This document shows, piece after piece, positions 1 through 9,372 of a DNA stretch of 64,000 nt; position 1 is the first letter of the stretch; each line of letters opens with the position of its first letter. A model generated the notes under the pieces. The model saw only the letters and a program-made list of their open reading frames with translations. It did not search any database and had not been told where the DNA came from. This DNA comes from Candidatus Marinacidobacterales bacterium (lineage in GTDB: Bacteria > Acidobacteriota > Vicinamibacteria > Marinacidobacterales > DATDRI01), in contig OZ245365.1 in assembly GCA_965226495.1 (NCBI GenBank), positions 5,920,001 through 5,984,000 on the forward strand, read 5' to 3'. The translations under genes and the position numbers were made by a program.

Positions 1-14
1 GCAGGGAGGGATCC

Positions 15-1721
15 ATGGATCGTATTGCAAGACTGATCATATTGGCGCTAGGGCTCGGCGGCTTCAGTGGGTGTGGTGGAAGAGACCAAAGCTCTTCATC
101 GCAGCCGGCCCAGCATCTAGTCATCCACAACGCTAAGATCCTTACGGTGGACGATAGCTTCTCGATTGCAGAGGCGGCGGCCATTAAGGATGGCGAGTTT
201 GTCGCTGTTGGGACCGACACCGAGATACTTGCCATGGCGGATCCGAAAACACGAGTGGTGGACCTGGGGGGCCGGACGGTACTCCCCGGCTTCAACGACA
301 CGCATAGTCATGTAGTCAAGATGGGTCTCAACCTTCCGGCGTCCATCGATCTCACTTCGGTGACGTCCATCGCCGACATTCAAGAGGTCGTTGCGGAGCG
401 CGTGGCGAGTTCTGAGCCAGGCGAGTGGATCTTTAGTGAGGGTGGTTGGTGGCAGTTCATGCTGGCCGATGGGCGTTTGCCGAACCGCCATGATCTCGAT
501 CCGGTATCGCCGGACAATCCAGTGGTCCTGCGAGGCGGTCATTACAACATCGTCAACAGCTTGGCACTCGAGCGTCTCGGATATACGAAAGAGACAAAGG
601 ATCCTCCCGGTGGCGAGATCTGGAAGGACGAGGACGGCGAGCCCACCGGGTTTCTTTTGAAGGCGGCGCACGCCCCCCTGCTCCAATATGTGCCCCAGCT
701 GACCCGAGAGCAGCAGCTCGGCGGCATCCGTCAGGCAATCCGGCGGGTAAACAGTTGGGGTATGACGAGCTTTCGGGAGGGCGGCGGCACGAGGGAACAG
801 GTCGAGATGCTCCGTGAGCTCTATGACGAAGGGGAGCTGACCGCCCGCGTGGATTGGTGCTACGACGTCGACCCGAATACACCCGAAGAGGAGGTCGACG
901 CGGCCTTGGAGGCGCTAGGCCCTCCGGGGGAGACATGGGGTGACGGGATGTTTCGCGCCGACGGGCTTGCCGAGCTGACACTCGACGGCGCGGAGGAGTC
1001 GGCGTTTCTTCGCGGTGGATACAAGGGTCGTCCCGACTATCATGGTGTGCTAGTCGTCCCCCAGGAACAGTTCAACATGTTCGCGGCGGCCGCGGCTCGC
1101 CATGGTTGGCGTCCCGGTCCGCACGTCGTGGGTGACGCGGCTATCGACCTGGCGTTGGAGGCGTTCGAATACGCAAACGCTCAAACTCCTATCGCCGGTA
1201 AGCGTTGGATGCTCGATCACGCGATACTGCTTCAGCCGGATCAATATGACCGCATCAAAGAGCTCGGCTTGATCGTGAACGCGCAGCCCCGGCACAACTA
1301 CATTATTGGAGACAAGTTCACAGAATTTTGGGGTAAGCCACTGGCAGACATGTCTTACCGATTTAGGGACTGGCTGGATAACGGCGTCATGACGACTTTC
1401 GGAGCCGACCGACCCATTTCAGTTCGCTCAACCCCTCTAATGCAGATCGATATAGCTGTTACCCGTCAAACAGGCTGGGGGGGCGTCCTTGGTGCCGATC
1501 AAGGGATCTCCCGCGAGGAAGCCATCCGGGCGATCACGCACCAATCGGCCTACACGAGTTTCGAGGAGGACAAGAAGGGCTCGATCGAGGCGGGTAAGTA
1601 CGCGGATTTTGTGGTTTTGGCCGAGGACATCCTCACCGTTCCGGCCGAGGACATCAACGAAATCGAGGTTGTCGCCACCGTGCTAGCTGGGGAGGTGGTC
1701 TACGGATCTCTAACGCCGTAG
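15..1721 (+). CDS. Amidohydrolase 3 family (YtcJ-like) lipoprotein
   Basis: Lipobox-like FSGC; DLGGRTVLPGFNDTHSH metal motif; HVVGDAA, LDHA; C-terminal KGSIEAGKYADFVVL. Confidence 0.9.
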   Translation: MDRIARLIILALGLGGFSGCGGRDQSSSSQPAQHLVIHNAKILTVDDSFSIAEAAAIKDGEFVAVGTDTEILAMADPKTRVVDLGGRTVLPGFNDTHSHVVKMGLNLPASIDLTSVTSIADIQEVVAERVASSEPGEWIFSEGGWWQFMLADGRLPNRHDLDPVSPDNPVVLRGGHYNIVNSLALERLGYTKETKDPPGGEIWKDEDGEPTGFLLKAAHAPLLQYVPQLTREQQLGGIRQAIRRVNSWGMTSFREGGGTREQVEMLRELYDEGELTARVDWCYDVDPNTPEEEVDAALEALGPPGETWGDGMFRADGLAELTLDGAEESAFLRGGYKGRPDYHGVLVVPQEQFNMFAAAAARHGWRPGPHVVGDAAIDLALEAFEYANAQTPIAGKRWMLDHAILLQPDQYDRIKELGLIVNAQPRHNYIIGDKFTEFWGKPLADMSYRFRDWLDNGVMTTFGADRPISVRSTPLMQIDIAVTRQTGWGGVLGADQGISREEAIRAITHQSAYTSFEEDKKGSIEAGKYADFVVLAEDILTVPAEDINEIEVVATVLAGEVVYGSLTP

Positions 1722-1729
1722 AGCCTGAA

Positions 1730-2659
1730 TCATCCGGGCTGGGCACCGGCGCTCTCCTTCGATTGCTGGACGCGAGTCCCCTGCCGATCGATATCGAGGA
1801 TGAACGTCTTGACTTTGAGCCCCGCGCCTTTGAAGGTCCGTGTCATAGCTCTCGCGATACGCTCATGCCTATCGGGTGCGAAGGCGACAATAGCCGGTCC
1901 CGAGCCGGACAACACAACGGCTCGAGCGCCCGCCTTCCGCGCCGCCGCCATCGCCGCCCCTCCTCCTGGGATAAACCGCAAGCGATGACTTTGGTGCAGT
2001 CGATCCGCCATGGCTAGCTCGAGCAGTTCATAGTCACCGGTTCTCAGCGCCTCGACGGTGAACAGAGCTCGACCCACGTTGAAAACGGCGTCTCGCAGCG
2101 GAACCCGACGCGGCAACGCTCGCCGCATTTCCTTGGTCGAGATTTGGACGAGCGGTAGGGCGACAATGAGCTTGAAGTCTGCCACCCCGACTTGGCGAGC
2201 GATCGCGGTTCCCGAGCCGACGCTCACAAGATTCAAACCTCCGAAAAGAGACGCCGCAGCATTGTCGGGGTGCCCCTCCATGCTGTAAGCCAACTGCAAC
2301 AGATCTTCCTGTTTCAGCTTTTCCCCGGTCATCGCGTTGGCGGCCGCCATCCCTGCCACCACCGCGGCGGCCGACGATCCGAGACCCGACCCCAACGGAA
2401 TTTGATTCGTCACTTCTAACCTGATTCCGGATGGGGCTTTGCCAACGAGATCGAATACCCTTCGAGCCGCCCGCACCATCAAGTTTCTGGCTCCTCGGGG
2501 CAGGCTCGCCGATCCCTCTCCCTCGATCTCGACGCGCACTCCTTGCTTCGCCGGGCTCATGGTGACGGTGTTACAGAGCTTCACTGCGAGGCCGAGACAA
2601 TCGAATCCTGGTCCCAGGTTGGCAGTTGACGCGGGAGCACTAGCGATGACGGGCTTCAT
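1730..2659 (-). CDS. thrB: Homoserine kinase
   Basis: PASTANLGPGFD, GHMP loop IPLGSGLGSSAA, EGHPDN, LSGSGP. ATG at 2659 overlaps the thrC stop (ATGA). Confidence 0.93.
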   Translation of the reverse strand: MKPVIASAPASTANLGPGFDCLGLAVKLCNTVTMSPAKQGVRVEIEGEGSASLPRGARNLMVRAARRVFDLVGKAPSGIRLEVTNQIPLGSGLGSSAAAVVAGMAAANAMTGEKLKQEDLLQLAYSMEGHPDNAAASLFGGLNLVSVGSGTAIARQVGVADFKLIVALPLVQISTKEMRRALPRRVPLRDAVFNVGRALFTVEALRTGDYELLELAMADRLHQSHRLRFIPGGGAAMAAARKAGARAVVLSGSGPAIVAFAPDRHERIARAMTRTFKGAGLKVKTFILDIDRQGTRVQQSKESAGAQPG

Positions 2660-3711
2660 GAACCGAGTTTTTTTTCGAGGGCGGTGAAGTCCGCGGGAAT
2701 GGACGGCGGCAAGGGATAGCGGTCGGTGACGATGCCGGGGTCTTTGAGCCCGTGGCCGGTAGCGATACAGACGATCGTCTGGCCATTGACGTCGAGACGT
2801 CCCGCGGAAGTTTCTTGAATGAGTCCGGCGACTCCCGCCGCCGACGCCGGTTCGACCCAAACTCCAAACGAGGCGAGTCGTTCCTGCGCGTCGAGGATCG
2901 CTTCATCGGGAGACGCGATGATACGCCCACCGGATTCCTTCGCTGCGGAGAGAGCCTCTTCGCCGCGAGCCGGTCGTCCGATTCGGATCGCTGTCGCCAC
3001 CGTCGAGGGAGCGTCCACCGGATGGCCTAGAACGAGGGGTGCCGCCCCGGACGCTTGCACGCCGAGCAGTTTCGGTTTGTCGGTACCGTGCACTTCGTGG
3101 TGTTGGCGGAAGCCCTTCCACGCCGCCGTGATGTTTCCGGCATTGCCGACGGGAAGAGCCGTCCAATCGGGCGCGCGCCCCAAGGCTTCGATGATCTCGA
3201 AGGCAACCGTTTTCTGCCCTTCAATGCGGTACGGGTTGAGAGAATTGACCAGGGCCACCGGTAATCGTTCCGAGGCGGTCCGCACCAGGTCGAGCGCCTG
3301 GTCGAAGGATGCTTGAAGCTGCACGATCTCGGCACGATGGGCCAGGGCGCCCGCCAACTTGCCGGCGGCCACGTTGCCTTCGGGAACGACCACGAAACAG
3401 CGGAGTCCCGCTCTTGCCGAGTAGGCGGCAGCGCTTGCCGCCGTATTTCCGGTGCTGGCGCAGATGACGGCTTGGGCGCCACGGTGTACGGCATCCGTGA
3501 TCGCGACCGTCATGCCCCGATCTTTGAACGAGCCAGTGGGGTTGAGGCCCTCGTACTTCAAGTAGACGGCTTCCGCACCGAGCTCGGACGCGAGGTGGGG
3601 AAGGGGGATGAGCGGAGTGTTTCCCTCGAGCAGCGTGACAGGCTCTGCGTCGGTGGAGATTTCGAGCCAATCCCTGTAGCGCGCGATAAGGCCCGGCCAG
3701 ACAGAAGACAT
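2656..3711 (-). CDS. thrC: Threonine synthase
   Basis: EGLNPTGSFKDRG PLP-lysine motif, ASTGNT, PVGNAGN, VEPASAA, TGHGLKD; adjacent to thrB. Confidence 0.95.
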   Translation of the reverse strand: MSSVWPGLIARYRDWLEISTDAEPVTLLEGNTPLIPLPHLASELGAEAVYLKYEGLNPTGSFKDRGMTVAITDAVHRGAQAVICASTGNTAASAAAYSARAGLRCFVVVPEGNVAAGKLAGALAHRAEIVQLQASFDQALDLVRTASERLPVALVNSLNPYRIEGQKTVAFEIIEALGRAPDWTALPVGNAGNITAAWKGFRQHHEVHGTDKPKLLGVQASGAAPLVLGHPVDAPSTVATAIRIGRPARGEEALSAAKESGGRIIASPDEAILDAQERLASFGVWVEPASAAGVAGLIQETSAGRLDVNGQTIVCIATGHGLKDPGIVTDRYPLPPSIPADFTALEKKLGS

Positions 3712-3744
3712 CCCTGCGATTCTAGCAGGTGTCTGACGAACCGG

Positions 3745-4818
3745 TTAGCAGTTCCCGCGCAGTTTGACGCCGGCGTTTGTCCAGAACGCGTACTCCACAC
3801 CGACGAGCGGCGTGACTTTGTCCCGGAGACCGTTGTTGTCGATGTTGAAGAGAAGGTTGAAGTCGATGAGCAGGTTCTCGAACGCGTTCAGCTTGAAGCC
3901 GACGGCGCCGCTCATCTCGTTGAAGGAGTCTTGAGTGAAGACCAAATTCTGGAACCTCGACTGTCCGTTCTGCGCCAAGAACTCCTCGACGCCCACCCGC
4001 GGCGAATCGATGACGTATTGGCCGACGAGATCGACGGCGAACGTGAACCGGGAGCCAAGAGCAAAATCGGCTCCAATGGTGTAGAAGGCTTGATCGGGAA
4101 GGTCACCAGTCTCTCCAGTTGCGGGATCGCCGGCGAGGATACTTTCTCCGTTCCAGCGATAGCCGGCATTAACGTGTGGCGAAAAGGCCCCTGCGGTTGC
4201 GGACCAAACGAGAAACGGTGCGATCCCGGCGGCGCCGGAGCCGAGCAGATCCTCCTCATCGCCTGTAGGGACTCTAAGATCCAAGGCCAGCGAGAGCCCA
4301 TTTCCGCCCGGAGTCCCGCTGACGGCACCCTTGATCCGAACCGTCACATCACCAAGACCGGTCGCGGTCCCAGACGCGGTGAACAATCGTCGCGAACCAA
4401 GGTCGCCGGCTTGGTCTCGGAAAAAGTGGACCTCTGGTTCGACGGTCCCGATCCGCTGCACGGTAGCATCGGAAATCACTGTCAACTCGTTGCTGAGGAG
4501 TGGAATGGCGATGGAGATGTCCAGGCGATCGGTGGCCCCGTAGGTAAGAAAGGCCGTGGACTGGTTTACCTTGGCATTAATGGAGTTGATGGTGGTGACG
4601 ACATCTGCCCGGCCGCCGCCGAGCTCGGAGCCGTCGTGGGTGAAAACCGCGGGGATGTTGTCGAGATCCAAGCCCTCGACGGTGTCAAAAGTGAATTGTT
4701 GAAATGTGAAGCCGAAGGAGAATCGGGCCAGCGCCGATGGTTTCCCAGCGCTCGGCAAGTATCGGTCCGAAGCTTTGGGTGGTGCGGGTAAAGACGCCCA
4801 GGGTCGCGTCGAACTTGG
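3745..4818 (-). pseudogene. Broken outer-membrane beta-barrel-like (transporter-type) gene: 5'-truncated, frameshifted, probable lost stop
   Basis: KFDATLGVFTRTTQSFGPILAERWETIGAG joins RFSFGFTFQQF only if one G of GGG at 4725-4727 is removed. No signal peptide or start upstream. The barrel-like end GVEYAF is followed by TGG (3781-3783) instead of a stop. Confidence 0.6.
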
Positions 4819-4822
4819 TTTC

Positions 4823-5068
4823 ATGGAGCGCGTCCTGCTTTCTCCATTCTCGTTCGTGCGGCCGTATCGCTGCCCTCTATGCGGCGGCCGACGACTTCGC
4901 TCTGCGCTTCACGCTAGTCGAACAGGAACTCTCGTCTTTCTTCTCACCATCGTCCTCGGTGTCGTAATTGTCCACTTCGTCTGGTTGTTGAGCACCCGGG
5001 CACCAGATCATCCGGGTGTCGGCTACCAGCCCAAAGACATGGAGCGGTTCCATTTCTCGAACCGCTAA
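4823..5068 (+). CDS. Small CxxC membrane protein, probably 5'-truncated
   Basis: MERVLLSPFSFVRPYRCPLCGGR followed by one TM helix; only one CxxC pair; abuts the divergent broken gene with no promoter space. Confidence 0.5.
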   Translation: MERVLLSPFSFVRPYRCPLCGGRRLRSALHASRTGTLVFLLTIVLGVVIVHFVWLLSTRAPDHPGVGYQPKDMERFHFSNR

Positions 5069-5256
5069 CCTCGCGGCGACCACCCATTTTCGAGTAAGAC
5101 TTACATTCGAAGGGTAAATCTTTCGCTGGAGCGGATGGGGGTTTCGCACCCCTATGGGCTCGGGCCGGGCCGATATGGGCCTGTTCCTCTTGATATTACG
5201 GGGACATTGCGCGGACGGGGCGCTCGGTCTTGAACGACTGGGGGGAGGGGGACGGA

Positions 5257-5272
5257 TGGCAAAGCTTTTGCT
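5257..5272 (+). promoter_or_regulatory. Sigma54 (-24/-12) promoter
   Basis: TGGCAA-AGCTT-TTGCT with exact GG-N10-GC spacing, just upstream of the VWA gene. Confidence 0.65.
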
Positions 5273-5285
5273 TTGTTGGCAGGTG

Positions 5286-6314
5286 ATGCATCGCTCGCTA
5301 TGGCTCACGCTCTGGCTTATCGGGACGGTAGTGGTCCCCGGCGTCTCTGCTCAAAGTGGGGATGCCAGCGCTAGCGACGATCAAAACCTCCCTTCCGGCT
5401 ATCGCTTCGAAACGTCTGTCGATGCGGTGCACCTTGCCGTCACGGTCACCAAGAAGAACCGCCTCGTCGCCGACCTGAAGGAAAAAGACTTCCGAGTGTT
5501 CGAGGACGGCGTTCCCCAAGAACTAACGTACTTCGCTCGAGGCACTGATTCTCCGGTCGACATATTGCTTCTGATCGATGCGAGCGGCAGCATGGACGTT
5601 GTTTCGAAGGTGGTCAACACCCGCAACGCGGGCATCCAGCTCATTCATAGTCTGGACCCCGAGGATCGGGTGGCGGTGTACACGTTTGACCAGCACCTTT
5701 ATGAGGCGATCGGCTTCACCGAAGACAAAGAGAAGGCTATCGCCAAACTGCAAAAGATCGAGCCTTTCGGCTCCACGGCGCTTTACGACGCGGTGGCTTT
5801 GGCTGCCTCGGAGGTGGAGCACCAAGGCTTCGGCCGCCGCGCCATCGTGGTCATGACGGATGGCGTCGACACCTCCAGTCGCCTGTCGATCGAAGAGGCG
5901 GTGAGTCTTGCCAAGGGAGTCGACTTGCCGGTTTATGGCGTTCGCGTGGTTTCCCCCTTGGATGATCCGTCGAGCGACCGCTACCTGGGAGTTCACGGCC
6001 GAGAGGCGAAGAAGGAAGACGCGCTAGAGCTCTTCAGCAAGGAAACCGGTGGACGGCTCTTCACCGGCAGTGAGATCGGTGCGCTGCGACTGATTGCTCT
6101 ACAGATTCGAGAAGAGCTCAAGACGCAGTACCGGCTTGGATATGTTCCCGCCAACAAGGCGGAGGATGGGAAATTTCGGCAAGTGGATATCGAGGTGCGC
6201 CGCCGGGGTGCCGTAGTGCACGCCCGCAGGGGATATTACGCAAAAAAGCCGAAATCCGAGTCGGAAGCTCTCCTGGATGCGTCACAAGTAAGAGCCGAGA
6301 GCCCCAATGATTAA
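5286..6314 (+). CDS. VWA domain protein (Acidobacterial VWFA-related type), secreted
   Basis: Signal peptide; MIDAS DASGSM, TALYDA, MTDGVD, ETGG, QYRLGY, ARRGYY. Start at ATG 5286 or in-frame GTG 5283. Confidence 0.88.
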   Translation: MHRSLWLTLWLIGTVVVPGVSAQSGDASASDDQNLPSGYRFETSVDAVHLAVTVTKKNRLVADLKEKDFRVFEDGVPQELTYFARGTDSPVDILLLIDASGSMDVVSKVVNTRNAGIQLIHSLDPEDRVAVYTFDQHLYEAIGFTEDKEKAIAKLQKIEPFGSTALYDAVALAASEVEHQGFGRRAIVVMTDGVDTSSRLSIEEAVSLAKGVDLPVYGVRVVSPLDDPSSDRYLGVHGREAKKEDALELFSKETGGRLFTGSEIGALRLIALQIREELKTQYRLGYVPANKAEDGKFRQVDIEVRRRGAVVHARRGYYAKKPKSESEALLDASQVRAESPND

Positions 6315-6331
6315 TTGAGGAGGAAGTAATC

Positions 6332-6970
6332 ATGTTTCATCAAAATGGTTGGGTTGTTCCAATGTTGGTAACGCTTTTGGCTGCGTCCGGCTGCGCGAGC
6401 AAGGGTTACGTCGGTAAAGAGGTCGGCTCCGTCAACGAGAAAGTAGAGACCCTGAGCGAGTCGGTCGAGAAGAACCAGCAACGGATCGGTCGCAACGAGG
6501 CCGAGCTCAAGCGAGTTGACGCCAAGGCCGGTGAAGCGGGAGAGCTCGCGAATGATGCGAAGGGTGATGCGGCGCGGGCGTACGACGAGGCGCAGCGCGC
6601 GGCCAAGGGCAAGCTACTGTACGAGGTCACGCTCTCTAATGATCAGGTCGCCTTCGATTTCAATGCTGCCTCAATCTCCCCCGAAGCGGAGCAAATCGTG
6701 GGCGAGCTGGCGGAGAAGGTCAAAGCCGACAACCGCCGACTCTATATCGAGGTGGAAGGCCACACCGACAGCAGCGGACCGGAGTCCTATAATGAGCAGC
6801 TCGGACAGCAGCGGGCGGTCGCCGTCCGTGACTACCTCTACCAATCGCAGGGAATTCCTCTGTACGCCATCTCGGTGTTCAGTTTTGGCGAGTCCCAACC
6901 TATCGCTGACAACGGAACCCGGGAAGGGCGAGCCCGTAATCGCCGGGTGGTCATAAAGGTCCTTGAATAA
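6332..6970 (+). CDS. OmpA-family peptidoglycan-binding lipoprotein
   Basis: RBS GAGGAGG; lipobox ASGC; coiled coil; EGHTDSSG, YNEQLGQQRA, ARNRRV. Confidence 0.92.
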   Translation: MFHQNGWVVPMLVTLLAASGCASKGYVGKEVGSVNEKVETLSESVEKNQQRIGRNEAELKRVDAKAGEAGELANDAKGDAARAYDEAQRAAKGKLLYEVTLSNDQVAFDFNAASISPEAEQIVGELAEKVKADNRRLYIEVEGHTDSSGPESYNEQLGQQRAVAVRDYLYQSQGIPLYAISVFSFGESQPIADNGTREGRARNRRVVIKVLE

Positions 6971-7015
6971 GTAGGTCCTTCCTGATTTCCGGCTCGTTGA
7001 TACGGGCCAGAGGAG

Positions 7016-7064
7016 CCGGCGGACCCCTCCTACGGCGCGCAGGGGTCCGCCGGATTTCTTTTTT
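7016..7064 (+). terminator. Rho-independent terminator
   Basis: Perfect 13-bp stem CCGGCGGACCCCT/AGGGGTCCGCCGG followed by TTTCTTTTTT. Confidence 0.85.
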
Positions 7065-7095
7065 GTGCGCTCCCCACCTCCCTGCTAGGATTCTC

Positions 7096-7203
7096 CTAGT
7101 AGCGTTCCAACTCGATTCGCCTAGGAACTGAATAGCCAAGCTCACCCTTGGCGCCTCTGGGCACCGCTGTCGTGCCCAGCGAGCTTAGTTGGAACGACAC
7201 TAG
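7096..7203. mobile_element. Putative MITE-like element (108 bp)
   Basis: 17-bp terminal inverted repeats CTAGTAGCGTTCCAACT / AGTTGGAACGACACTAG (15/17 match), CTAG at both ends, internal CTGGGCAC/GTGCCCAG hairpin, no ORF. Confidence 0.55.
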
Positions 7204-7349
7204 GGGCTATCCTGAAGCAATTTAGTGTTCTCTCTTTCTCCAGGGAGGAGCCCTGTGCCCAATCCGTCCGGACCCATTCCCCCTCGGGTTTTTTCTGGGC
7301 CTGGGAATAAAGGGCACGTTTGCCGGTAACACGTATAAGGAGGAAGGGC

Positions 7350-7946
7350 TTGGGAAGCCCAGCCTACGTCGAAAATCGTGAAAGGGTCGAAGATGACCGC
7401 GACCTCGTGGTACGCGCGCGCGGGGGTGATGCGGAAGCCTTCGAAGCCATCGTGCGCGCCTACCAGAAACGAGTTTACGGCGTGGCCCTACGCATGACGC
7501 GGAGGCACGAAGTGGCAGACGATATCGTTCAGGAAACCTTCGTTAGGGCATACTCCCACTTGGACCGCTTCGAGGTCGGCCGACCGCTCGCGCCGTGGCT
7601 CAATAGAATCGCCGCCAACCTCTGCATCAATTACTTGACGGCAGCTGCCAGGCGCGAGCAGCAGTTCGCCGAAGGCGAAGGTCCGGCTGCCGAGCCTCGG
7701 GCACCACAAACGGACGGTGAGCCCGAGCCGCTCGCCGACTTGCTGTCGTCGGAGTTTCGGAGGGCGCTCGATGCCTCGGTTCAGAAACTGCCGCCGGACC
7801 AACGGATCGTTTTCGACCTCAAGGTTCATGAAGAAATGCGTTACGAAGAAATCGCCCAAGTGCTAGACATCTCAACCGGAACAGTGATGTCGCGCCTCTT
7901 TCGGGCTCGTCAGAAACTCAAAGCGATGATGAAAGACTTTATTTAG
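7350..7946 (+). CDS. ECF RNA polymerase sigma factor
   Basis: Region 2 ADDIVQETFVRAY..WLNRIAAN; region 4 YEEIAQVLDISTGTVMSRLFRAR. TTG 7350 follows RBS AAGGAGG (alternative start 7320). Confidence 0.9.
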   Translation: MGSPAYVENRERVEDDRDLVVRARGGDAEAFEAIVRAYQKRVYGVALRMTRRHEVADDIVQETFVRAYSHLDRFEVGRPLAPWLNRIAANLCINYLTAAARREQQFAEGEGPAAEPRAPQTDGEPEPLADLLSSEFRRALDASVQKLPPDQRIVFDLKVHEEMRYEEIAQVLDISTGTVMSRLFRARQKLKAMMKDFI

Positions 7947-7955
7947 GCGGAAGCG

Positions 7956-9368
7956 ATGCGTTGCGACAATTTTCTACCACTCATCGAAAAGCTCGCGGAC
8001 GGCGAGGCTACGTCGGCGGAACAACAACGGGCCGAGGCTCACCTGGAAAACTGCACGTCTTGTCAGTCGCACTTTCGGTTTCTGCAAGCGTTGCCTGCGG
8101 CGGCTCGTCAGGCGTCTCTAACCGACCCCCCCGACATGTACTGGGATGTATTGCCCCGGAAGATCATGTCTCGCATCGAGAGGGAGAGAGACAAAGGGCG
8201 AAGGGGTTGGTTCGGCCGATTACTCGCACCCTCGTGGCTCAGATGGGCGGGAGCCCTGGCCGCAACGTTGGTGGCCGCCGTTGTGGGACTGCGGGTTCTC
8301 GAGTTTCCGATGGCGGACCGGAACGCACCGTCCTCCGCGTCGGTCACTCGCTCCAACGAGGAAGAACGCGGGGCCGGGATCTCTAGACGGGATGCGCCGG
8401 CGTCTGCTATGCCTGCTATGCCTGCTGGGCCTGTTGCGGAAAATGTCATGGACGAAAAGCCCGCCGCGGAGTCGGCCGGCTCTTTGACTTCCGTCCGACG
8501 TCAAGCGCCTGCCGAGCCTGCCGAGCCTGTGCAGGAAGTCGTCGCACTGAATGACGAAAGCTTCGAGCAAGCGTCTCGTAAACGAGTGGCGCGTGAGCCC
8601 GCACCTCCGGTTGCCCGCGAGGAATTCGCGACCGGTGCTCTTTCGATGCCGGGAAAGGCGGGACAGAAAAAGCAGGATGAGGCTGGTGAGGCTACAGACC
8701 GGCCTGTCATTGGTGGCAGGCGTGGGCGACTCGAGCAGGACCTCGACGAGTTGAAACCGACTCAGTTGAACGAAAAGAACCGAGACAAGGTAAGGGCGAG
8801 GTCTACGATGCCGGACGAGACCGCGAATGTTCCTGATGCGAAAGACCAGGAGGGTCAAGAGCCGAAACCGGCAGGCGCGGAACCCCCTTCTGACCAAGAC
8901 CCGGCGGCACAATCCGTCTCCGTTTCCCGGAGTTTGAGGGCCCCACCACCTTTAGAGGGAGTTCCCGCGACGGCGGCGCAAGCCTATCGCGACTTAGTAG
9001 CCCGGTATCCTATCAGAGACGAAGCACCGGTCTCGTCCGATTTGTCAGGCTCAACAGGCTCAACAGGTTCAACAGGCCCAGCAGGCTTGTCGGGCATCGC
9101 CAAAGAAAAGGAAGGGGCGTTTTCGGATACCGAGCTCGCAACAGAGTGTGCCGATTGGCGTCAGTTTCTCGCGCGCTACCCGCAGGACGAGCGCGTGGTC
9201 GATGCTCGATATCGGTTGGCTCTTTGTTCGATTGAAATCTTCGAACGTTCTCCGTCTGACGACAATCGCCGACGTGCCGTGGAGGATGGTACGTCCTACC
9301 TCGATGTGGCGACGGACGAAAAACATGCTGAGCCGATTCGTCGGGTCTTGGAACGGATCCGACCCTAG
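7956..9368 (+). CDS. Zinc-finger (zf-HC2/ZAS) anti-sigma factor with long extracytoplasmic region
   Basis: HLENCTSC motif, one TM helix, low-complexity linker, TPR-like C-terminus; 9 bp after the ECF gene. Confidence 0.82.
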   Translation: MRCDNFLPLIEKLADGEATSAEQQRAEAHLENCTSCQSHFRFLQALPAAARQASLTDPPDMYWDVLPRKIMSRIERERDKGRRGWFGRLLAPSWLRWAGALAATLVAAVVGLRVLEFPMADRNAPSSASVTRSNEEERGAGISRRDAPASAMPAMPAGPVAENVMDEKPAAESAGSLTSVRRQAPAEPAEPVQEVVALNDESFEQASRKRVAREPAPPVAREEFATGALSMPGKAGQKKQDEAGEATDRPVIGGRRGRLEQDLDELKPTQLNEKNRDKVRARSTMPDETANVPDAKDQEGQEPKPAGAEPPSDQDPAAQSVSVSRSLRAPPPLEGVPATAAQAYRDLVARYPIRDEAPVSSDLSGSTGSTGSTGPAGLSGIAKEKEGAFSDTELATECADWRQFLARYPQDERVVDARYRLALCSIEIFERSPSDDNRRRAVEDGTSYLDVATDEKHAEPIRRVLERIRP

Positions 9369-9372
9369 CGAG

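Noticed and set aside
3313-4791. 492-aa plus-strand ORF and other long antisense ORFs (e.g. 27356-28261, 37597-38484, 60219-61211)
   Set aside because: Shadow ORFs opposite well-supported genes in GC-rich DNA, with no recognisable motifs.
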